A stretch of 64,000 nt of DNA from Lachnospiraceae bacterium (GTDB lineage Bacteria; Bacillota; Clostridia; Lachnospirales; Lachnospiraceae). The translations under genes were made by a program, and so were the position numbers. Location: assembly GCA_045542735.1 (NCBI GenBank), contig JAZQLQ010000011.1, positions 38,404 through 102,403 on the forward strand, in the 5' to 3' direction. Position 1 is the first letter of the stretch. Each line of letters begins with the position of its first letter. This document shows positions 9,700-17,893 of the stretch, in pieces. The notes under the pieces were generated by a model, which worked only from the letters and a program-made list of their open reading frames with translations, was not told where the DNA came from and did not search any database.

Positions 9700-10941
9700 T
9701 TATTTTTTTAACACATCAATATACCACAGTGCTTCTTCAGATAAATCTTCAGCTGTAAATCCGCTGGATTTAGTACAATCTTTTTTAAAGAATGCTGATG
9801 ATTCATCTTTATTGGAAAGATTCCAGATACAATAGCTGATGCCGTTCTGGTCCATCAAATCAATCCATTTATTTGCTTCTTCAATATTGTTTGCGCCGTT
9901 ACCGGAAGCATCACAAATACCAAATTCGCTGACAAAAATAGGTAAGCCCTGATTGTATGCATTAATCATGGTATTTCTCAAATCATCTCTATGTGTATCC
10001 GCATAGAAATGTAATACATACATGATGTTGTCATATCCGGTAATAGGATCAGCAACTGCTTCATTTACAAACTGGGACCAGTTGGGTGTTCCAACCAAGA
10101 TAATGGCATCGGAATCCTTTTCACGGATAACAGGAATCACCTCGTTGGCATAAGCTTTGATATCACTCCAGCTTGCTCCGCTGTTTGGTTCATTACAAAT
10201 CTCATAAATCACATTGTTATAACCCTGATAACGCTCTGCCATCTCTGCAAAGAAGGCTTTCGCTTCCTCTTTATGTTGCAAAGGATTGCTATCGCTTAAG
10301 ATATGCCAGTCGATGATGACATACATACCAAGGTTGGTTGCATGGTTGACGCCCTCACCAATGACATTTTTCAATGTCTGTTTGTTTGCTTCATCCCCCA
10401 CACAATATCCGTTGTATTCTGCAGTATACATTGCCAATCTGACGATCTCCACATTCCATTCATCACGCATCTGTGTGAAGAAATCCTGATTTACATACTG
10501 GGGATACCAGGATAATCCATGGGTACTAATACCCTTTAATTGGATTGGATTGCCATTTTGATCTGCCAATCGGTTACCTTTTACCTGAAGCGCACCATAG
10601 CGCTGTACCGGTGTGTTTCCATTCATTGCATTGCCCTCCACATTAATTTGTTGCTCATTACCCTCATCGACACTTGTGTCGTTTTGTTGTTTTGTATCCG
10701 CATTATCTTGTGTATCCTGTTCCGGTTGCTGAGACGGCGGTTGCGTATCTTCCTGCATCTGTTGCTCACCTGTAAGCTGCTCTGCATTTTGTGACGCATC
10801 TGTCACTACACTTTCCATCTGCCCATCAGACATCTGCGGACCTATGTTTTGTTGTACAACCATACCGGCAATAAATCCGATGGCTCCCATTAATAAAGCC
10901 GCCAGCACCGCAATGGCTATCCAATATTTTTTTGTCTGCAT
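9700..10941 (-). CDS. membrane-anchored glycoside hydrolase family 5 endoglucanase (cellulase)
   Basis: N-terminal TM anchor followed by a Q/E/D/T-rich linker. The GH5 acid/base motif EICNEPN and nucleophile motif FVSEFG are present. RBS GAAGGT. Confidence 0.85.
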   Translation of the reverse strand: MQTKKYWIAIAVLAALLMGAIGFIAGMVVQQNIGPQMSDGQMESVVTDASQNAEQLTGEQQMQEDTQPPSQQPEQDTQDNADTKQQNDTSVDEGNEQQINVEGNAMNGNTPVQRYGALQVKGNRLADQNGNPIQLKGISTHGLSWYPQYVNQDFFTQMRDEWNVEIVRLAMYTAEYNGYCVGDEANKQTLKNVIGEGVNHATNLGMYVIIDWHILSDSNPLQHKEEAKAFFAEMAERYQGYNNVIYEICNEPNSGASWSDIKAYANEVIPVIREKDSDAIILVGTPNWSQFVNEAVADPITGYDNIMYVLHFYADTHRDDLRNTMINAYNQGLPIFVSEFGICDASGNGANNIEEANKWIDLMDQNGISYCIWNLSNKDESSAFFKKDCTKSSGFTAEDLSEEALWYIDVLKK

Positions 10942-10987
10942 TTAGTTTACCTTCTATTCACATATCGTCTAAATCCTACGCGGAATA

Positions 10988-13900
10988 TTATTTAAAATAT
11001 TCCACGCCGGATTCAAAGATCTTCATATCCTGCTCACCAAAAATATTCATGGCTACTGCAGTGTCTCTTCTTTCGGAATGAGCCATCTTACCTAAGCATC
11101 TTCCATCAGGAGATGTAATACCTTCGATTGCACAGTAAGAACCATTTACGTTCCATTCCTCATCCATAGAGATGTTTCCGTCAAAGTCTGCATACTGTGT
11201 TGCCACCTGACCGTTGGCAAAGAGCTTATCAATCCATTCCTTCGGTGCTACGAAACGGCCTTCACCGTGGGAAGCGGGATTTACATAGGTCTTACCAAGC
11301 TCTGCGCCCATTAACCAAGGAGATTTGTTGGTCACTACTTTGGTATATACCATCTTGGAAATGTGACGGTTAATAGTGTTGAATGTCAGTGTAGGAGAAT
11401 CCTCTTTCTGTCCAACAATCTCACCATAAGGAACCAAGCCCAGTTTAATAAGTGCCTGGAATCCGTTACAAATACCAAGTGCCAAACCATCTCTTTCATT
11501 TAACAGCTTCATAACTGCTTCTTTGATCTTTTCATTCTGGAAAGCAGTTGCGAAGAATTTTGCACTACCGTCCGGCTCATCACCTGCGGAGAATCCACCG
11601 GGGAACATAATAATCTGTGCCTGATTGATAGTCTTCTCAAACTCATCCACGCTGGCTCTGATATCCTCTGCAGTAATGTTACGGAATACCTTAGTCACTA
11701 CGTTTGCACCGGCTCTCTCAAATGCTTTTGTACTGTCGTACTCGCAGTTTGTACCGGGGAATAACGGGATAAATACCGTAGGTTTTGCAACTTTATTTTT
11801 GCAAATGTAAATATCTTTTGTATCATATAATTTTGTTTCAATAGGTGTTGTTGCTTTTTCTGCTTTGGTAGGGAATACTTTTTCCAATTTGGAAGTCCAT
11901 GCATCCAAAGCTTCATCTTCGCTGACAACTACTCCTGCAACAGTAAATCCGCTCTCAGTTACTTCACCCACTGTTACATAAGGAATCTGAATAGCATCCA
12001 CTTTATCAGCAGGAATCTCTGCAATGATATTACCCAACTGATTTGCAAATAATGCTTCTGCAGAAAGGCTTTCATCAAATGCCACTCCCAACTTGTTACC
12101 AAATGCCATCTTGGCAGCGGCTGCAGCATATCCCTTTGCATCCAATGTATATGCAGAAATGATGGTCTTATCCTGAATCATTTTAGCAATGTCTTCATAT
12201 AAAGCACATACCTTTTCATAAATCGGTAAGTCATACTCATCTTTTGCAATACTGAATGCAACCAACTTATTACCTGCTTTTTTCAACTCAGGAGTGATGA
12301 TTTCCGGATATTTTGCCACATCAACAGCAAATGACACGAGTGTCGGAGGTACATCAATATCGTTGAACGTACCGGACATACTGTCTTTACCACCGATACT
12401 GGGAAGTCCGAAGCCCATCTGTGCATCATATGCACCAAGTAATGCTGCAAAAGGCTGGCTCCAACGATGTTTATCCTCTGTCATACGACGGAAGTATTCC
12501 TGGAATGTAAATCTTACTTTCTTATAATCACCACCGGCAGCCACAATCTTGCTCAAAGACTCCAATACTGCATAAACTGCTCCATGGTAGGGGCTCCAGC
12601 TGGAAAGGTAAGGATCATAACCATAACTCATCATGGTAACAGTCTCTGTCTTGCCCTGTAAGACAGGAAGCTTTGCAACCATAGTCTGTGTCTCTGTTAA
12701 CTGATATTTACCACCGTAAGGCATGTATACGCTACCTGCGCCGATGGAAGCATCAAACATTTCTACGAGACCTTTCTGGCTACATACATTTAAGTCATTT
12801 AATGTGCTTAAGAACGCCTCTTTTGCATCTTTATTTGCTACTGCTTTTTCTACTGCGGGAATTGCATATTTTTCAAAGTAGTTATCTTCTTTCTTCGGTA
12901 CATCCACTGCCACATCTGTTTCCTGATGTGCTCCGTTGGTATCCAAGAAGGCTCTTGCAATATTTACAATCTCTTTACCTCTCCATTTTAATACCAATCT
13001 GGGCTCTTCTGTAACGGTTGCCACTTCAACAGCCTCTAAGTTTTCTTCAGCCGCATAGCCAAGGAACTCTGCCACATCCTTAGGATCGATGACAACTGCC
13101 ATACGCTCCTGGGACTCGGAGATTGCAAGCTCTGTACCATCAAGACCTGCATATTTCTTGGGAACCTTGTCCAAATCAACAACCAAACCGGCTGCCAATT
13201 CACCGATTGCTACAGAAACACCACCTGCACCAAAGTCATTACACTTCTTAATCAGCTTACTAACTTCTTCTCTACGGAATAATCTCTGGATCTTACGCTC
13301 AGTAGGCGCATTACCTTTTTGTACCTCAGCACCACATGTCTCAATGGAAGCCTCTGTGTGTACCTTGGAAGATCCTGTGGCACCACCGCAACCGTCACGT
13401 CCGGTTCTTCCACCTAAAAGGATGATGATATCACCGGGATCAGAGTTTTCACGGATAACATTTCTTCTGGGAGCGGCACCCATAACGGCACCAATCTCCA
13501 TTCTCTTAGCCACATAATTGGGATGATACAACTCTTTTACATAGCCGGTTGCCAAACCAATCTGGTTACCATACGAGGAATAACCGCTTGCAGCTCCTCT
13601 TACCAGCTTCTTCTGGGATAATTTACCCTTCATGGTATCTTTTACAGGAACAGTGGGATCGGCCGCACCGGTAATACGCATCGCCTGATATACATAGCCA
13701 CGGCCTGAAAGGGGATCACGGATAGCACCGCCCAGACAGGTAGCCGCTCCACCAAAGGGTTCAATCTCAGTGGGGTGGTTATGTGTTTCATTTTTGAAGA
13801 ATACCAACCACTCTTCTTCTTTACCATCAATCTCTACCGGAACAACGATGGAACATGCATTGATCTCATCAGATTCTTCCAAATCTTGAAGTTTACCCTC

Positions 13901-14764
13901 TTTTTTGAGCTTTCTCATAGCCATCAATGCCAAATCCATCAGGCAGACAAATTTATCGTCTCTACCCTTGAAGATTTCTTCTCTTGTCTCTAAATACTCG
14001 TTGTATGTCTTTTCGATGGGTGCCTTATAATAACCATCTTCGATCTCAACATTCTTTAACTCCGTAGAGAATGTTGTGTGGCGGCAGTGATCGGACCAAT
14101 AAGTATCCAACACACGGATCTCTGTCATGGAAGGATCTCTGTGCTCTTCGCCTTTATAATAATTCTGAATATGAAGAAAATCTTTAAATGTCATAGCAAG
14201 AGAAAGTGAATCATATAAATCTCTTAACGCCTTCTCATCCATTGCGCAGAATCCGTCAAAAATCTTAACGTCTGCGGGCTCCTCAAACTCTGTCACCAAA
14301 GTCTCGGGTTTTACCATATCTGTCTCTCTGGAATCAACCGGGTTGATACAATAGGACTTAATCTCTGCAAACTCTGCATCTGAGATATCTCCGGATAACA
14401 AATAAGTAACCGCAGTTTTAATAATGGGCTCCTCATCCTCTTTTAAAAACTTCACACACTGCATTGCAGAATCCGCTCTTTGGTCAAACTGTCCGGGCAG
14501 ATACTCTACGCTGAATGTTCTGTCGCCTTCCTCTATATCAAAGGACTCTCTATAAAGAATATCAACGGGAGGCTCTGAGAAAATAGTCTGACATGCTCTC
14601 TCAAATACCTCATCGGATAAATTCTCCACATCATATCTGATGAATACACGGACTTTTTCAAGCCCCTTCACTCCCAGATAGCTTTTCAACTCCTCATGCA
14701 GTTCTTTGGCTTTTACTGCAAAGTCGTCTTTCTTTTCCACGTAAATACGTTTTACATTTGCCAT
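10988..14764 (-). CDS. purL: phosphoribosylformylglycinamidine (FGAM) synthase, single-chain large PurL
   Basis: About 1258 aa, with the DHCRHTTF and GGAIRD motifs and a C-terminal glutaminase (GICNGFQ, HGEGR). I moved the start to MANVKRIYVEKK because a GGAGGAAACACC RBS precedes the ATG at 14764. Confidence 0.95.
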   Translation of the reverse strand: MANVKRIYVEKKDDFAVKAKELHEELKSYLGVKGLEKVRVFIRYDVENLSDEVFERACQTIFSEPPVDILYRESFDIEEGDRTFSVEYLPGQFDQRADSAMQCVKFLKEDEEPIIKTAVTYLLSGDISDAEFAEIKSYCINPVDSRETDMVKPETLVTEFEEPADVKIFDGFCAMDEKALRDLYDSLSLAMTFKDFLHIQNYYKGEEHRDPSMTEIRVLDTYWSDHCRHTTFSTELKNVEIEDGYYKAPIEKTYNEYLETREEIFKGRDDKFVCLMDLALMAMRKLKKEGKLQDLEESDEINACSIVVPVEIDGKEEEWLVFFKNETHNHPTEIEPFGGAATCLGGAIRDPLSGRGYVYQAMRITGAADPTVPVKDTMKGKLSQKKLVRGAASGYSSYGNQIGLATGYVKELYHPNYVAKRMEIGAVMGAAPRRNVIRENSDPGDIIILLGGRTGRDGCGGATGSSKVHTEASIETCGAEVQKGNAPTERKIQRLFRREEVSKLIKKCNDFGAGGVSVAIGELAAGLVVDLDKVPKKYAGLDGTELAISESQERMAVVIDPKDVAEFLGYAAEENLEAVEVATVTEEPRLVLKWRGKEIVNIARAFLDTNGAHQETDVAVDVPKKEDNYFEKYAIPAVEKAVANKDAKEAFLSTLNDLNVCSQKGLVEMFDASIGAGSVYMPYGGKYQLTETQTMVAKLPVLQGKTETVTMMSYGYDPYLSSWSPYHGAVYAVLESLSKIVAAGGDYKKVRFTFQEYFRRMTEDKHRWSQPFAALLGAYDAQMGFGLPSIGGKDSMSGTFNDIDVPPTLVSFAVDVAKYPEIITPELKKAGNKLVAFSIAKDEYDLPIYEKVCALYEDIAKMIQDKTIISAYTLDAKGYAAAAAKMAFGNKLGVAFDESLSAEALFANQLGNIIAEIPADKVDAIQIPYVTVGEVTESGFTVAGVVVSEDEALDAWTSKLEKVFPTKAEKATTPIETKLYDTKDIYICKNKVAKPTVFIPLFPGTNCEYDSTKAFERAGANVVTKVFRNITAEDIRASVDEFEKTINQAQIIMFPGGFSAGDEPDGSAKFFATAFQNEKIKEAVMKLLNERDGLALGICNGFQALIKLGLVPYGEIVGQKEDSPTLTFNTINRHISKMVYTKVVTNKSPWLMGAELGKTYVNPASHGEGRFVAPKEWIDKLFANGQVATQYADFDGNISMDEEWNVNGSYCAIEGITSPDGRCLGKMAHSERRDTAVAMNIFGEQDMKIFESGVEYFK

Positions 14765-14825
14765 GGTGTTTCCTCCATTTTGTCTTGTTTTCTTCATGCT
14801 CTTAAAAATTTGCACACTACCTTTT

Positions 14826-14853
14826 ATTATACAAAATTCAGGCTTTTTTTCAA
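14826..14853 (-). promoter_or_regulatory. sigma-A-type promoter of purL
   Basis: On the minus strand, TTGAAA (14853-14848) - 16 nt - TATAAT (14831-14826). This leaves a ~55-nt leader with no riboswitch-like structure. Confidence 0.45.
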
Positions 14854-15647
14854 TATAAAGCATTGGATTTCTTTCTATATTTTATTGGTTTGTCATTTTG
14901 ATTACTTACACCATTTTATAACACTCGTTTCTTATACATATTGTGGTTTACCGTAATTTTGGTGCTATATCTTGTTGTGTTTTGATTTTTCTTGGATTTT
15001 CAGAAAAATTACTGAGGTTAACAGATAACTAATTAAAAAAAGTGCATTTATGTATACTAGATATTGTGCCATCCTTGTGTATCAAGCACCAATATATTGA
15101 TTGCAACTATTATTTTTTGTGTTCTCAAAAATTCTATATGACTACTGTGTCATAGAGCTATAATATCAATATTTTAAACAAATTTTCTTTTTATCACTTT
15201 TGTTACTTTATTCTCTTGTTGAAAAGAAGATATTATTGTCATTTTTGTGCTTTCATATTGCTATCTTGATTTTGTTTTGTTTACATAATTCTCAAACACA
15301 TTGACCAAACAACACTATATCTAGTGTTTTACTTGTTATTAAATTTTATATATTGTCGCCATCGTTAGTTTTATGTTAACCAGTGTTATGTCAACCATTT
15401 TATTTATGTTTTTACATAACACAATGTTTTATATCAAATATTATTTTATCGGATCCGGTATCAGATATAAAAATCACTATTTTAAATTACAAAACATGCC
15501 AAATACGATGCGAAGAGCCAATATATAGCCTAAAAACAAGGAGAAAGATGTATATACATAAAAATGATGCAAAAAATGAGGGTTTCACACAGGTTATTAA
15601 AAAGACATTTTTGTTTTCATGTCCTTCTCCCACGTACACAAAACAAA

Positions 15648-15678
15648 GAGAGCCGGAAGCATTTACTTTCCGGCTCTC
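15648..15678 (-). terminator. Rho-independent terminator-like hairpin
   Basis: An 11-bp stem gagagccggaa/ttccggctctc with a 9-nt loop. On the minus strand it is followed by TTTGTTTTGT. Confidence 0.4.
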
Positions 15679-15719
15679 CTTGTTCGGTTTCATTTCTTCC
15701 TTTTTTCAGATTTTTATGT

Positions 15720-15843
15720 ATTATGGGTAGATAAATTTAGCAAAAAAATCATGTTTTTCTAACCATATGACTCACTTGTCACCACCATGGTTAGAAAAAC
15801 AAACAATTTGCGCTGATTTTGACTGTATTTTTCTACCCATAAT
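15720..15843. repeat. nested imperfect inverted repeat (124 nt), a long irregular hairpin or MITE-like element
   Basis: The outer 12-bp arms are attatgggtaga (15720-15731) and tctacccataat (15832-15843). The inner perfect 15-bp arms are tgtttttctaaccat (15752-15766) and atggttagaaaaaca (15787-15801). The loop is 20 nt. Confidence 0.6.
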
Positions 15844-15972
15844 CACTCCAACATGCCTCCATAGTTAGAAATACGCCGCACTGTCCGTCGGACAAAATTG
15901 CACAAATGAGCCCTGCATCCCCCAAGCACCGCTTGGGGGATGTCGTGGCTTCGCCACATATATCCACCGTCT

Positions 15973-16010
15973 AAAAAACTCGTCTGAGTGCAAGCACTCG
16001 ACGAGTTTTT
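15973..16010. terminator. bidirectional intrinsic terminator hairpin (repeat unit A)
   Basis: aaaaaa-ACTCGTC(T)GAGT-GCAAGC-ACTCGACGAGT-ttttt. Confidence 0.6.
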
Positions 16011-16101
16011 ATCCGCTGTCTTAACTTGATTTATGAGCCATGACACACCTCGCATGCTTCACCTGCTCGGTGTCGTGGCTTCGCCACATTGTCCATCGGA
16101 C

Positions 16102-16141
16102 AAAAAAACTTGACTGGATGCAAGCATCCGTCAAGTTTTTT
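16102..16141. terminator. bidirectional intrinsic terminator hairpin (repeat unit B), placed to terminate the ABC exporter operon
   Basis: aaaaaaa-ACTTGAC(T)GGAT-GCAAGC-ATCCGTCAAGT-tttttt, located 24 nt downstream of the stop at 16165. Confidence 0.7.
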
Positions 16142-16164
16142 ATCCTCTGTCCAGCATGGCTCAG

Positions 16165-17892
16165 TTAGCACGCATATTGACTCTTATATAAATTAGCGTA
16201 GAAGCCGTTTTGGGCAAGGAGTTCGGCGTGGTTGCCTTGTTCGATGATGTTGCCGTCTTTCATGACAAGGATGACATCGGCTTCTTGAATGGTTGATAAT
16301 CTGTGTGCCACAATGAAGCTTGTTCTGCCTTTCATCATAGTGGCAAAAGCATTTTGGATTTTCAATTCCGTACGGGTATCAATGGATGATGTTGCTTCGT
16401 CCAATATCAACATAGGCGGCAAGCACAACATGACTCTGGCAATGCACAGAAGCTGCTTCTGGCCTTGTGAAAGGCTTCCGCCATCTTCTCCTATGACCGT
16501 ATCATATCCTTTGGGTAATCGCTTGATAAAGCTGTGTGCATGGGAAGCTTTCGCTGCTGCAATAACTTCATCCATGGTTGCATCCGGTTTTCCCATACAA
16601 ATATTTTCCAAAATGGTTCCGGATTTTAACCATGTTTCCTGCAGTACCATGCCGTAGGAGTTACGCAGATTTTCTCTTGTGATATTCCGGATATCCGTAT
16701 CCATCACACGTATGGAACCGCTATTTACATCATAAAAGCGCATCAGCAGGTTAATGACCGTTGTTTTTCCACAGCCTGTCGGACCTACAATTGCCACACG
16801 CTGTCCCGGTTTTACCGAAAGATTGAAATGTTCAATCAGCTTCTTATCCGGCACATAGGAAAAACTTACATCCTCAAGCTCTACCTTTCCGGTCACTACA
16901 GGTAACGCTGTGGCATCCTGCGGATCGGGAATCTGCGGCTCTTCTTCTATCAGTTCAAAGACTCTGGAAGCACATGCCAAAGCATTCTGCAACTCTGTAA
17001 TGACACCTGAGATCTCATTAAAAGGCTTTGTATACTGGTTTGCATAGCTTAAGAAGCTTGACAACTGTCCCACACTCAAATACCCCTGTAATACGGCAAA
17101 AGCACCGGTAATACATACTCCGGTATAAACCAGTGAATTGACAAAGCGGGTTGCCGGATTGGTGATGGATGAAAAGAAGGTTGCCCGCAAGGAGCAATTC
17201 TCCAGTCTTCCGTTAATCTCTTCAAAACGCTCCAAAACATCTTCTTCCTTGGAAAACGCCTGTACTACCTTCTGATTCCCAATCATCTCATCAATCAAGG
17301 CTGTCTGTTCTCCACGGGTTTCGGATTGCAATTTAAACATAGAAAAGGTCTTCTTGGCAATATAGCTTGCCACAAACAAAGATACCGGCGTAATTACCAC
17401 GACTACCAAGGTAATTCCCACATTGATGGAAAGCATAAAACATAAGGTTCCCACAATGGTCAACACACCGGAAACCAACTGGGTAAAGCCCATAAGCAGA
17501 CCTTCCGCAAACTGATCCACATCTGCAATAAGCTTATTCACAATCTCTCCGGTAGGATGTGCATCCACATATTTTAAAGGTAAAATTTCGATTTTTTCAA
17601 AGGCATCTTTACGGATATCCTTGACCACATGATAGGTCATATGGTTATTGCAAATGCTGACCAACCATTGTGCAAAAGCCGTTATGGCGATTACCACACC
17701 CATAGTCTTCAGAACGCTCCATAAAGCATCAAATTCCACCATTCCCTTGTCTACAATGTGGTCAATGGCCTGCCCCGTCAAAATGGGCAAATACAGGCTT
17801 CCTGCTACGGTAATAACCGTCAACACCATGGAAATAGCCAGATAAAACCAATATTTTTTGATTCTCACCAATATTTTTTTGAAGGTATTCAT
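16165..17892 (-). CDS. ABC exporter, fused permease/ATPase (heterodimer subunit B)
   Basis: Six-TM exporter domain plus Walker A GPTGCGKTT, signature LSQGQKQ and Walker B LILDEATS. I set the start at MNTFKK (17892), immediately after the upstream stop. Confidence 0.9.
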   Translation of the reverse strand: MNTFKKILVRIKKYWFYLAISMVLTVITVAGSLYLPILTGQAIDHIVDKGMVEFDALWSVLKTMGVVIAITAFAQWLVSICNNHMTYHVVKDIRKDAFEKIEILPLKYVDAHPTGEIVNKLIADVDQFAEGLLMGFTQLVSGVLTIVGTLCFMLSINVGITLVVVVITPVSLFVASYIAKKTFSMFKLQSETRGEQTALIDEMIGNQKVVQAFSKEEDVLERFEEINGRLENCSLRATFFSSITNPATRFVNSLVYTGVCITGAFAVLQGYLSVGQLSSFLSYANQYTKPFNEISGVITELQNALACASRVFELIEEEPQIPDPQDATALPVVTGKVELEDVSFSYVPDKKLIEHFNLSVKPGQRVAIVGPTGCGKTTVINLLMRFYDVNSGSIRVMDTDIRNITRENLRNSYGMVLQETWLKSGTILENICMGKPDATMDEVIAAAKASHAHSFIKRLPKGYDTVIGEDGGSLSQGQKQLLCIARVMLCLPPMLILDEATSSIDTRTELKIQNAFATMMKGRTSFIVAHRLSTIQEADVILVMKDGNIIEQGNHAELLAQNGFYANLYKSQYAC

Positions 17893-17893
17893 A

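Larger units (their letters stand above)
15874..16152. repeat. tandem ~130-nt structured repeat (two full units plus one partial unit)
   Basis: The shared cores are atgagcc, tgtcgtggcttcgccacat (15941 and 16071), tgtccRtcggacaaaa (15882 and 16090), and a terminal A-tract/hairpin/T-tract module. Confidence 0.6.

Noticed and set aside
14765-15060. Purine or ZTP (pfl) riboswitch, or a PurR box, upstream of purL
   Set aside because: I read the minus-strand leader. The promoter leaves only a ~55-nt unstructured leader. The purine-riboswitch core motifs and the ZTP GGGTCGTGAC/CCGCCTGGG motifs are absent. AGAAACGAGTGTTAT only loosely resembles a PurBox.
15487-15730. Two overlapping convergent small ORFs (60 aa on the plus strand, 68 aa on the minus strand) as a type I toxin-antitoxin or small membrane proteins
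   Set aside because: I did not call them as features. Their RBS spacing is marginal, their hydrophobic tails are what T-rich DNA yields on either strand, and a terminator hairpin lies inside both. They are mentioned only as a low-priority check in the findings.
14864-16164. CRISPR array, dif site, replication-origin DnaA boxes, or 6S/SRP/tmRNA/RNase P in the 1.3-kb gap
   Set aside because: There is no regularly spaced repeat-spacer pattern. TTATGTAAACA (around 15279-15289, minus strand) and TTATGTTAACC (15375-15385) resemble XerD half-sites but have no matching XerC arm or spacer. Only 7 of 9 positions match a DnaA box. The nested hairpin is too short for 6S RNA and lacks its bubble, and no conserved SRP, tmRNA or RNase P motifs are present.
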